This document shows positions 12,847 to 24,324 of a stretch of DNA of 64,000 nt, piece after piece (within the stretch, counting starts at the first letter, position 1; every line of letters begins with the position of its first letter). The DNA lies in assembly GCA_964036045.1 (NCBI GenBank), contig OZ038378.1, positions 97,588,001-97,652,000 of the forward strand, written 5' to 3'. The stretch comes from Eutreptiella sp. 'Long Island Sound 2002'. Lineage: Eukaryota > Protista > Euglenida. The notes under the pieces are model-generated. The model ran no database searches. It worked only from the letters and a program-made list of their open reading frames with translations, and was not told where the DNA came from. The position numbers and the translations under genes are program-made.

Positions 12847-14820
12847 ATGTCTGCCTCTCCCTTCGCTTGGGATTGGATGGCGGCCGTCACAGGCCCCGCC
12901 GGTACACGTGGCTGCTCCCTTCCGGAGGGGCAGACCTTCCACGACACTGCCATCCCAACCAACTCCGCCGTGACTTGGCCGCCGGGCACAACCATTGGCC
13001 CGGTGCGCATCACCAAGCCCATCCTCCGCGAGAGGGCCCCCTGTGCCCTCTAAGACCTCATTGCGGAGATAGTGCGCCGCAACCCCGACATCACCGCTTT
13101 CCACGTGCGGCCCAGCGGAGCGGACTACTCCTCCTTGCTGGAGTCCCTGTCCACCCACCTGCCCAGCGACCACGCCCGGATCCACAGCCAGCACATGGCT
13201 GCCAACCCTGTGGATGCCGAGCCGCCCATCACCCTCCGGTTCGCTTCCACGAAGCCAAGGCCTGCCACTTTCACCAAGGAGCGGTGGTACAAAGAGACAG
13301 CCAAGACGAAGCTGTTCCTCTTCGATCCGCGGCAGTCCGGTGAGGAGACCCTCCCCTTCTACTGTTCACGGCAGTGGGGCAGTCACTCGGCAGCTCCAAC
13401 ACGGGGTCGGGTGCGCGACAAAGAGCGGGCTGGAGGTGACGGGGAGGGCAAGCAGCCTGCTGGCCGCATAGGCACTCGGCACGGTGAGTCCGGGGCCGTC
13501 AACGGGGTTTTTTTGCGGAGTATGAGGTGGAGGAGGCGCACACAGAGGCATTGGCGATCACCGAGGAGCACTAGGTCCGCATCTTCAACCACAACTGCCC
13601 AGTTCCTGACCGAGCTCAGGACCCGCCGCACCGCAAGATGGTGTGGGAGAAGCTGGAGGACATGTCCAAGCCTCCAGATGGGGAGGAACACATCCAACTG
13701 TGGGACCTGCTGCCCCTGACGGCCATGATGACGCCGGTGAAGGCCAAGATGGAGGCGATCTAGGGCAAGACGCTGCATGTCATGACGCAAGGGTAAATCG
13801 AGTCCATCACCCACATTCGACAACTGCCGCACCGAGATTTCCCAGCAGTGTCACTTCCTGTGGATGGCATTGCCCTCTCCCTGGCTTGGGCAATGTCGAT
13901 GGATATCCGTGACGATGATGTTTGCGCACAGTTTGTCGCCATATCTGCCCGTGCCTTCCCTCAGCCTTAGAGCATCCACCGCATGCCAAGGAGAAGGGGT
14001 TCCCTGTGGGTGATCTGCGCGACGGTGGTGCATGAAGGAGGCGGCCTGCCATGGCTGCGGAACCGGGGTCTCGCTGTATCATTGCGTGTTGTGGGCTGTC
14101 TACGCATACTGTGTCCTACGCCACCACCCACGCCATCACGCCCCTGTTTTGGGCACACAAGGCCGCTGTGAGTTGTGGAGTGCTCAGATGCCGCCGGAAG
14201 CCGACAAGTGAGAAGTGTTTGGGTGTGGAGTGCAAGTCCTTTGCCGCAATCACACGGGGATCAAGTGCAGCAAGTGCGACACCGAAGCAGCAGTAGCAAC
14301 AACATCCGATCCACGGAGTGCCAAGGCCGCTGATCGGAGTCGTGTCCCTTCCCTTCAGCACATGGTGACCTGTTTGATTCCATTGGATGGGACGACAATT
14401 TACACCGGGCATTGCGAGGCAGGGGCCGCACCACATGTGTTTCCCGATGACACAACCCCCAAGCCGGAGGACTGCCCACTGGCGGAGCATGCAGAAGAGA
14501 GTGAGCGGCTGCCCTGGCCGAGATTGGAACACCGCGCCTTGTTGGTTACGCCGCCTGGGAGCATTCTGGTGGTGGTGAACGGCCGCTTCGGAGGATTCAC
14601 CCAGGGTACCAGGGTTACAGAGCAGAGCAGTGACGTTTTGGTGTACCGGATGGAGATGGCACCACCCCGGCCCAGACCCGTGGACCCGAGCTTGTTGATG
14701 GCGGCCGGGGCGATTGTTTGCAACACCAAGGTGGCACACGAGCAGGCCTTTTGGTGCGCATGCCAGCATGTTGACACTGGGTGCCCTTTGAATCGGAGGG
14801 CCTTTGGTGGGAGGGGTTGA
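12847..14820 (+). pseudogene. Decayed ORF with a Cys/His-rich (PHD/Zn-finger-like) segment, function unknown
   Basis: ATG at 12847. Fragments 12817-13053, 13072-13719, 14051-14296 and 14215-14820, the last two containing CIIACCGLSTH and CGVQVLCRNHTGIKCSKCD. Multiple stops and frameshifts. Confidence 0.45.
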
Positions 14821-14950
14821 AAATGCAATGTGGCAAATATATGGTGAGTACTGGTTGCCAAGGGTTGGCGGTTGTGGCAATGCAAGGGGAGGGTTGTTTG
14901 AGGGCTCAAGTTGGGCACAGTGTGCGGGCTGTGGCATGTGCATGCCACTC

Positions 14951-15170
14951 GGGAACCCCCCCAAGAACCCCCTTCCTGCACAGGAACCCCCGCCCTTTCC
15001 TCCACAAGAACCATCCCAGGAACCCCGAAGGAACCCCCTTCCTGCACAGGACCCCCCTCCCTTCCTTCATAGGAACCCCCCTTCCTGGACCCCTTCCTAG
15101 ACCCTTCCTGGACCATGCCTACACAAGAATCCCCCCCCCCCTTCCTGCGCAGGAACCCCCTTCCTGGACC
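14951..15170 (+). repeat. Pyrimidine-rich repeat block 2
   Basis: Units such as aggaacccccttcctgcacagg. Confidence 0.85.
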
Positions 15171-15199
15171 AAGTCCTGTCCCCTTTCGTCCCTTGCATT

Positions 15200-16380
15200 T
15201 TGCGTACTTCTCGTCATGCTAACGTCTACGTTTACCCGCGGCTGGCACTGAAGTCCGTCGATGAGGAGGAGCGGGCTGCCCCGCTGCCAGTGGCACCATC
15301 GGAGGCTGCGCGGACTGTGGATGGGCGACCACCAAGTCTTCAGGACGCTCCGACATGGCTGTTGCAATCGACGCTGACCATCACGGACATGCACAGTCCT
15401 GCGACCAGGCAGGGGGGCACGTTGTGGTGTCGCGACTGCACACCGACGGTCCGGAAGGGGAAGGCAGCCACTCCCCTGCAACTGTTGTTGCGAGTGGCAT
15501 GTACGGACAGTCTGGCCGAGCTGCCCCGAGGGCATGCAGGACATGGCAAGAGGTACGTGGTTGCGCAGTACTTGTGCCTTGTTGGCCATGCCAAGGCCAA
15601 CAACACATGGTCTTTATTGGTGTACAGCGAGCAGACCAGGACACTGGTGAGTCTGGCAAGGCTGACGGATTTGGATGGCAGCGTCCCCATTGAGGTGCAA
15701 GACGCGGTTGAAGAGTGGCTTGAGCAGTACCGCAAGCGGTAAGAACAGGGTCAATTGGATGGACGCTCACATGTGAAGAAGGAGCCCGGCACGGCCGCAA
15801 GTACAGAGCCACTGTGGCAGCCACCTGGGCCCGAGGTCAAGTCGGAGCAATCAGAGAAGGCGGTGCGGGGATTCGTGAAGCGACCCGCCCCGAGGACCGT
15901 CATCACCGACTCCCCCTCCAAGCGGCGCGTACAAGGCAGCCCGAGGCGGGCAAGTCCAATGGCAATGCACACGGGGACAGTGATCACGCAGCTGGCACCT
16001 GGGTTGCAAGAGGTCGTGCGCACGGCGTTGAAGGAGGTGTTGCCTGGTGCCATTGAGAAGGCGATGGCAAGTAGCGGCAATGCCTGGGAAGAGCGGGCCA
16101 CGGAGCAGGCAACCAAGAGGGAGGTCGAAGCACGGGATCAGGTTGTGAATCGGAGGCAACCATTGCAAGTTGGTAGGCACAAGTTGTTGCCTTGGAAGAC
16201 CGGTTGGAAGCTGCCAAAGACGCGGCGCGCGAGGCGCAGGCAAGCAAGGTCAAGGACGAGTCTCTGCTGGAGGAGAAAACTGCAGAAAGTGACCGGGCGT
16301 TGAGCATCCCCAACCGGACGTACGGCAGAGGGCCCCAGCCCCAGCAAGTGATGAGGAGTGGCGAGGCACAGTGGCGATGA
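15200..16380 (+). pseudogene. Decayed ORF (CxxC, Lys/Glu/Ala-rich coiled-coil-like tail), function unknown
   Basis: 15200-15742 and 15755-16303 are in frame across one stop, followed by a shift into 16192-16380; composition is protein-like. Confidence 0.45.
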
Positions 16381-16429
16381 GAGCGCAAGGATCCCGAGTG
16401 TCCCTCCGGTCTTGGCGGCCGTTGAGGGG

Positions 16430-16930
16430 TGCTCGGGTTCTGCCAAGCTGTGTGGGCATGAGACGTGGGGAGACAACCCTTGGTGGCACACTGAGAGGGA
16501 GTTGCGTCCCGGTGGTGGCAGTACACGTGTGCTGCGACCAGCCCACTCCCAAGATTGCACGCATGCATGCAAGGCTGTGCGAACCCGCCAAGGGGTGTGC
16601 GACACACTGCACAAAAAAACCCATGCCTTAACCCATAACCAATGAATAGTCCTTTTTGGCGCAACCCTAACGCATATCTAACCCTTATCTTTTTTTGTGC
16701 GCGACAGTCGCGTAGGATAGTAGTCACGTCGTGCGCAGGGCGCGTAAGGTGGTGCCAGGAGCGGGGAGCTTCACATAGCTTCACCCTTGGGGGCACCACT
16801 GAGATTTCTAAGCTCTCCAAGCATGGACGCGGTTGCATGACATGTGTAGTTGGCATGCAGCCAAGGACGCAATGTCTGGCCCCCATGTGACAACGGTGTT
16901 TGAGAGGACCTGGGTAACATCTGTTGTGGC
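16430..16930 (-). pseudogene. Possible minus-strand Zn-finger ORF
   Basis: Within ORF 15984-17219: FFCAVCRTPLGGFAQPCMHACNLGSGLVAAHVYCHHRDATPSQC. Begins just after repeat block 3. Confidence 0.3.
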
Positions 16931-16964
16931 GGCAATGGGGCAGTACACCGAAACACAAGGTACA

Positions 16965-17188
16965 GGAAGGGGGGGCGTTTCGTGTGCAGAAAATGTCTAG
17001 GAAGGGGTACAAGAAGGGGGTTCTTTTACAGGAAGGGGGGGGGGTTCTTGTGCAGGAAGGGGTCCATGAAGGGGCCCAAGAAGGGTTTTCATGTACAAGA
17101 AGGGGGGTTCTTGTGGGGTTCTTGGGACAGTTCCTGGCCAAGAAGGGGGGGGGTTCCTGTGCAGGAAGGGGGTTCCTGTGGGGTTCCC
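16965..17188 (-). repeat. Pyrimidine-rich repeat block 3 (inverted relative to blocks 1-2)
   Basis: The reverse complement begins cacgggaaccccacaggaacccccttcctgcacagg, matching the start of block 2. Confidence 0.85.
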
Positions 17189-17301
17189 GTGGCACTTGCT
17201 GTGCACACCCTGCCCTCACAATTCTTGGCAGGCTTTCATTTTAAATGTAATGCAAAGGCCGTTGCCAATTTCCTTGCCAGTGTAGTTCGTGTGACCCCGT
17301 A

Positions 17302-17905
17302 TTGGGATCTGGAGATGCACGGCGAAAGAGATGGAAATACATTCACGACGTTGTGGGCGCTCTGCTTGGAGATGACGACATCGTTGTGCGCACAACCAGT
17401 AACGGTATAGTGATTGAGTCCAACCGCCACGAGGTGCGCGATGACGACGAACAGCATGCCTCCCAGGAAGTGATCCAAGTGTTGCAAACCGCACACCTAA
17501 TGAGCAGCATCTCCACCTCCAACATCCACGCGCAATATGTTAAAATTGGAGTGCAATTGTACATGAAGGGAATCAAAAGAGTGGCGCAGCAAACTGTTGC
17601 CATGCGTCGCAACGGCCCTGGAGGTTTCATCGGGGGTGGTATCGCGCCGGTTCGCCGCTGTATGTCCACTCCTTGAAGTAGTGCAAAGCCAGCTGACGTT
17701 GGGTAGGGCGTGCAGTACGTTTAACATCCCTGGCAAAGACCAGCTCTTGATTATCATTTGCGCAGATGCTACACCACTATGGCACACCTCGGCCACCAAG
17801 TGCGACATCCACGTGACCGTTTGGTCAGAGGGTGTAGCGGCTGCAAGCGACGTGCGACGCTTGGCGACGTGGTGGGCGTGTGATGGTCCGGATGATACAA
17901 ACTGT
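17302..17905 (+). pseudogene. N-terminal fragment of a putative DDE transposase, truncated by a GC-rich repeat
   Basis: QLLIIICADATPLWHTSATKCDIHVTVW...WWACDGPDD resembles the first catalytic strand (hhhhD.tP) of RNase H-fold transposases; abrupt composition change at about 17905. Confidence 0.4.
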
Positions 17906-20187
17906 CGGTTGGGAGCCTTGCCCCGTTGGGTGTCTCTTTCCCCGTTCCCCGGCAGGTGGTGCCCTTTGCCCTTCCCTTTGCCCCGTGCGTCCTTCTGCCG
18001 CCCACCCTTACCGTGGCGCCGCTCTCCTTCGCGCCCGCGTCCATGTCCCTACCCCTTCCCTTGTCCTTTTCCCCGCTTCTCGCCGTCCGTTACCTTCCTT
18101 CCCTTGCCACTCCTTGTTCCGTGGTGTTGCTCCCCTTTCGCTGCCCCGTCCGTCCCCTTTCCCTTTCCCGCTGGATCGCGGTCCTTGCGCCCCCCCCCCT
18201 TGCCCCCCCCCCCCCCCCCCCCCCCCGGCCCTGCTTGGACCTGCTGCCGCTGGTCGACTTGCCGCTGCATTTGGGGCGGCGTGATGGTTGCTCCCTTGGC
18301 GTGTGGGAGGGGAGGGCTGTGGCCGCCTGTGGCGCCCGTCGGGGAAACGGGCTTGTGGTGCTGGGGCGCTGCCCCACTTGCCGCCAACGGCACTGCTGCG
18401 GCCACCTGCGACTGCAGCCGGGGGCGCCGTCGCAGCCGGCGACGTCAGCTGCACCTGCCGAATACGGCTTCCGGGGGCACAGCAGGGTGTGGTCTCGCTA
18501 CACGTTGGAGCGGTACTTGTCCTGCTCGTTACCAGCCACCGGCGCCCCTGCAGCGCGGCCACCCTCCCCGCTTGCATCCCCCCGCGCCTCCCCCGGTGGC
18601 GTGCTCGGGCTCTGCGCGGTCACGGCGGCCTGCTCTGGTGGCCCGCGCGGGGAGGCGGGGGCCGTGGCCGCGGGGGTGGCCTCGGCCGGCGCCTGCTCCG
18701 GAACTTGCACCACAGCTGGGTGCGCGACTGGGGCGGCGGCCTTTGCCAGGCGTCGTTCCTCCCACTCTGCGGGAGTTTCCCCCTCGGGCGCCGGGGAGAC
18801 GCAAGAGCGGGAGCGCGAGCGGCCGTGGAAGCGGTCGTCCCGGTGGGTGAAGCCGTTGCAGTCCAACATCTTTAGCGGCAGTGAAGCTGTCAAGCACATT
18901 CAGTGTGGCTGACGCGTGTCGCCAAGCCGCGTGCCCTTTGTTACCCGTCCCGCCTCCCTGGTGTGTCGGTGCGTGCTGCAGGTGGTGCGGTGCGGTAGTG
19001 GGGGTAAATGGGTAGGTGTGGCCGCGGCTTTGGAGGGATGACGAGCCGGTTGCAACCCATCAACATTGGTGCGGGAGGTGCGTGAACCACTCGGCCCACT
19101 ACGTACCACAGAGGTCCCACCCGGGGGCAAGGTCTAGGACCATGGGGCCACATGGGTCCTGCAAGGTCTTCGAGGGAAGCGGCACGAGGTGGAGTCCGGC
19201 TACTGCGGTGACGCTCTAGCTCCGCTAAAAGGCCGGCCCGGAGGGGGGGCGGGCCGTAGAGGTGAGGAGGGGTGGCTCCCAAAACGCGCTGCGAGCCCCC
19301 GCGCGTCGCGACGACAAGCAGGAGCAGGAGGCAGCCTCGGTGCTCCTGCCAGAGGGTTTGGCCCCTATCGTGGGCTCTCCTCTTTCTGGAAACGGGGGTG
19401 GACAGGAGCGGGTGGGCCCAGCTGCGGGGCATGTCGGTGGGCAGTGGGGGGTTTGGTTGCGGCGCGGGTTCACGGGGGAAGGCGTCACACACAAACGAGT
19501 ACGGGGGGGTGCGTCTCATCCCGTCCATACCAGGTTTGAGGTTTGAGGTTTGAGGTTTCGGGTACTGAACGCGTTTCGGGTCCGGGGAGCCCCCTGGTCG
19601 GGCCACGTGAAATGCTCCCCACCGGGGCCTAGTGGGGTGCCCTTTGGGAGAAACCTCCCGCCAGGTGGCGGAGATCCCGGGTTCACGGGGCTCGGAGCCT
19701 TGTCCCTCCCCGACTTCCCCATTTTGCCACTGCCCGGTCAGTGTGTCGTTTAGCAACTAGGTTGCAGGCGCTTACCCACTACGTCGCCCCCCTATTGCAT
19801 GGTCGCCCGGGGTGCCGGCGATGTTGGGCCCGTGGTACTGGCTTGTCCCCAGTGGGACCCCCATGGGCTGGCGCGGAGGCTGCCTAGCCGCGGGGCTGGT
19901 GCGTGGCGCAGCGCGCCACTACTGCCTTGGCGGGTGTAGTGCCCTGTTTGTTTCTGCACAGCGCTGGCGGCAGGTCATGGGAGGCAGGGCCGGTGCTTCT
20001 CGTCTCCCTCTCCCCCCCCTCGCCGTCCCTCCCTTATGGCGGGTTGCCCCGTCCGGGTGCCCCTTCTCCTCGCCTGCTAGTACACCATTACAGTTGGTAT
20101 GTGCGTTCCGCGAGCTCGGTCCGGTTGCCCTTTTGGTGCGCGCCGCGTGTCCGTTGTGTGTTCGTGCACTCGCGCTCCCGCAGTGTT
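17905..20187 (-). mobile_element. GC-rich retroelement-derived repeat (decayed RT N-terminus plus Pro/Ala- and Lys/Gly-rich ORF), left part
   Basis: 19520->17905 is homologous to 39390->40790. The minus-strand translation PGMDG..PYSF..DMPRSWAHPLLS..LLLLLVVATR..PPHLYG resembles non-LTR RT regions 0-2. Confidence 0.5.
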
Positions 20188-20490
20188 CTTAGGAGGCCTT
20201 AATTGCCCGGGGGGTGGGGTGGGGGGTCTGCAAAATGAAAGCCATTCATGGGGTGAAAAAAAATGGTGAATTACTACCCCCTAATTGCACACAGCGCACA
20301 ATGTATGAAGTTTTGAACTGCAATCATGCCCCATATTGTCCACTTGGACCATTTTGCCTGCAATTGTGGACACTAGCAAACCATCCAAAACAGGCATTCA
20401 AATTCAAAGAAGTAGCACTCAAGGACAAATTGCATTGTCCACTGAACGGTTCCTGTTGTGTACAGATGACACTCTGTGAAGCAGTACACT

Positions 20491-20663
20491 GATGTATGGT
20501 GAAACAGACCCCCATTTTCAGGGTATTTCATTGAGACGCGAAATTTCGACACATTTGGCAAAATGCAGTATAATGAGATGTATGGTGAAACAGACCCGCA
20601 TTTTCAGGGTATTTCATTGAGACGCGAAATTTCGACACATTTGGCAAAATGCAGTATAATGAG
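20491..20663. repeat. 86-bp tandem duplication, each unit carrying the element-B palindrome
   Basis: gatgtatggtgaaacagac...gcgaaatttcgac...gtataatgag starts at 20491 and again at 20577. Confidence 0.9.
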
Positions 20664-20959
20664 GTATGAAATAATGTCAGTGCATTGCCTGCATGCCACG
20701 GAACAAGATTGATTCACAATATCGCGGACATACGATTCGAACCATAAGGAACTCTTAAGAATCAATCAATACACAAACATACGTCATAGAAATTACCAAA
20801 TGTTGCCTACAAAAGGCAATTGCCTGTGCCAACACCCACAAAGGTTGTGTCAGAATAGGAAATCAAATAAAATCGGACACAAATTAGAATTCAAAATGAC
20901 TGCTCAGAGGATGGTGGTTCTGCAGTCACCATCCTCTCATCATAGCAGTCAAAACCAAA

Positions 20960-23505
20960 TCACCGTCGTCGTTTGTTCCCGAAATGTGTTCCTTTTTGAG
21001 GTTGTTGTTGTGGCTGGGCTGCTGGTGCAGTCCCACCACTCACCAAATTCGCAAAGTTCTCCAATCCCTCTGGTGACGGTGACTGTCCTTTCGGCTCAAA
21101 CAGTGGATGTGTATTGCCTTTGTGTGGCGTGACCAACTGCTGAATCTGCTGCTGTGTCTGCTCCTCGTCATCTTGCGTCGCTGGAGCCTCAACAGAGGGT
21201 GATTGAGCACTTTTCGTAGGCGTTGCTTGGGGCTTGGCACTACCACCTGCATTGACACTAGGGCGATTGCTGGCCGTCCCCTTCTTGAGGTTTGGCTTAG
21301 ATGCCTTCGGCTTTGGGGTTCCCTTGGGCTTGGCATCCACGTCGAGCATACTATCCATGCAGTCCTGTTCATCAGGGTCGTCAGGTACATAAGCCATTCC
21401 AGTCCTGTCGACAGGCATACTCTTGTGCACTTGTGGCAACACAAACTCCCAGTAGATTGCAGCCAGAGGGTCAGCCTCTCTTAAAATACCAGTTGTGAGC
21501 TCAACAATTTCTTTAGGTAGTTCATCAACCGAGGATACCAAATACAACCGAAATATCCGACTTCAGACGGATGTGAAGCTAAATAGCCAGATTTGGAGAG
21601 CAAGACCCAACTAGCACCCAATTTGTAAGATTCATTGCCACTTTCATAACCTCTAGCACCCATTGAACAGCCTGAGGACACAGGATACTGGATAATGTGG
21701 CTTCACTGAACGTGACGTACATCGGCAGCTAAATACATGGTTCAAATTGCGCAAAATGGCGGGAGTGGCGAAATTTCGCTTGATGGTGAGATTTTGTTGC
21801 TTTGAGGGATCAATTCACAGGGGGCAATGTACCTTCCTTGGAATTGGAGTCAACGTGACAATTGTCATCACTGATTGCATCGGAGTGAAATTCGGATTGC
21901 GGCTGCCAGTGTTGTACACCATGACACTCACATGATTCACTCCCTCCTCAGCTAGGTCAGTATGCAGCTAGCTCATGATGATTCAAACATCCGCCAATTC
22001 ACCAGCAACCACCGGTGGTCTCCCCATTGAAACATGTCGCACAGCAAGAGGTGGTAGACCCATGGACCAGCCGTTTGGAACCTCAATGACAGCCAGTATC
22101 AAGGGCAACCCAACGACAATAGCATTTAAAATGGTAGTAGGATTCACAAGCAAAAGTTGAAAGGGGGACTCACCGCCAGTAGCATCTGCCCCACAACTAG
22201 AAATTGTCTTCAAGTGAACCACATTCCCTTCGGAGCTAGCAATGTCAAAGGAATACTGAGGTCTGGCCAGGTGCCTCCTAAAGTCTACATATTTTGAGGA
22301 TGTCAAGAATTCGGCCATGCACACAGAGTGCCATGGAGGTAAAGGCATGTCATCAGTGTACACCCAGTCTGCACAGCGGAACTTCCATGCACCAATCCCC
22401 TTGATATGACGATGTAGGGTAGCAATCTCGGATGTATTTCCTAATATAGAGAAAAACTAGGTGCCCAAACCAGCTGAGAGGCGACATTTCGCCACTATCA
22501 GCAGAATTCGATGATTTCATAGTGCAATTCAGGATGCCTGCACAACATACTGCGGGATGGGTAAACCAGCTCCTCTCGACAGTCAAGATGCATAACAATC
22601 CATCCCCATCGCATTTCTCGTTGGTATTCACGTGCCACTTTAGCCAGTCCTGCAACAGTAGCTCGTGGAGTCTCCATGTATCTGGCACACTGTGACAGGT
22701 ATGGTCCAATGAGCCCCTCCAATGGTTTGAATGATCCAAATGCCAAGGGGATCCTCTTGCTCTCGAAATTGCGTATTCCATCGACTGCTTTATAGCCAAT
22801 TGCCTCAATCATTCTAGCCAAGGGTAGCCAGCGTTGTGCCACACAACCCTACAGTGTATACAACCAAATTTTTCGGGCCCAGGATAGTAATGCGCATCCG
22901 AGCAACAGTCACACACCACGCTTCCTTCATCAGCTATCAGTCCAGCCTCCTCCAACATCTGGCGGCACACGTCGGTGAGACTGAGATCAGCATTCTCAGG
23001 CTCCTCCAAGTTGTCCACCAGCAGCACTGCCCTCTCACTCATGCATGCTGCTGTGCGTGACAGTTGTGCTATCTGCTGGTGGCCGGCCAGGTGTCTCCTC
23101 TGGCGCAAGGGAGTAACCCATCTCAGAACCATACACTCAAACTGCAGTTGCCATCTCAAAGGGTCAAGATTCTTTTTGTCACGTTCACTAGCCAGTCTCC
23201 TTGCTGCACAAAAGACATGCTGAACACCACTGATCCAGAAGCTACCCACTGACGCAATAACGGAAGAAAATTCGTCCACAGGCCCGCACACAAACGACAG
23301 ACGCGTAGGTGCACGTGCAGCAACATACAGCTGTCAGTAATCCCTTGATGATCCCCACGGGAGGTACCCTTGCCAAATCCTCCACCCGCAGCGTCAGTCT
23401 GGTCTTGCTGACCTTCCAAATTTGAGCATGCTCGCGGTTGACATCCACCCGCAGGACGTTGTGGGATAACACCACTGTCTTCTGGACGGCATCTGCTAGA
23501 GTCAT
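20960..23505 (-). pseudogene. ORF2 of element B, function unknown, includes a PHD-like Cys/His cluster
   Basis: Fragments 23242-23505, 22809-23291 (VCDCCSDAHYYPGPEKFGCIHCRVVWH), 22498-22842, 21983-22363 and 20960-21547 are collinear with ORF2 of element A. Confidence 0.65.
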
Positions 23506-24324
23506 TGTTTTCGGGGTGGCCTTCTTGTTCCCCCGGCTGTGCGGACTCCGTTGACCGGGGCCCTCGGGGGACCCTGCGAGGGTTGCGATAAAGAGGGTGG
23601 CTCTAGGGCCACAGGCACATTGGTGTTTGATTTTGGGGGTACAGATGACATGACAGTGGGGGCCTGGAAGAAATCAGGGTGCTCTGGGCATGGATCACAT
23701 TGACAGGCAGTGGTGATTTGGTTGTTTCCGGACGAGTTGTTCCTGAATTATAGCCTTTGCAAGGGAAATTCCCGTAATGCTGCAGAGAGTAGCTACAATC
23801 ACACATCATGACAGTCGGAGCAAAATGTAATACGTAAAATCATGAGAGTCGGGATCGCACACAAAAATGAATAGCACATTAGTGGTACGAGTGGCAGCAG
23901 TGTAACAGTACCCTGTCGGACACAGGCTCAAAACACACAAAGCCAAAAAGCAAGCGAAATTTCGCGTCCAAAACCAAAATATGCTAAAAGCACTATTGAA
24001 AACACCAAATATCTCAAATGTGGCGAAATTTCGCCACTCCATGCAAAAACACCACAATCCAGGGACAGTATTCGGTACATTGTGAGGACAACAGGTATGT
24101 CGGTCCCATTGTGAAGTATCCTGTCCAAAAACCTCCTCGTCATCCGGATTAACTATTATGTCGTCATCATCCGAAACAGGACTGTCATAACTGTTACTGT
24201 GGACTGCAAACAATGCCACCTCGGGGCCATCGTCCTCGTCATTGCTCGCATTGTCCGCACCTGCCCCCCCCCCCCCCCCCAATTCGGATGCTGCACCCTA
24301 TTCTGCGGTACTGGTTGATATGGG

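Noticed and set aside
19532-19558. Telomere-like (GGTTTGA)3
   Set aside because: Only three units, internal, and not a TTAGGG-type array.
21983-22363. PPW motif in ORF2 as an N6-adenine methyltransferase DPPW motif
   Set aside because: The preceding residue is Y or L, not D/N/S, and no SAM-binding motif was found.
22498-22842. HLD as a TET/JBP HxD motif
   Set aside because: The homologous position in copy A is HPE, and no downstream H...R motif or double-stranded beta-helix pattern was recognised.
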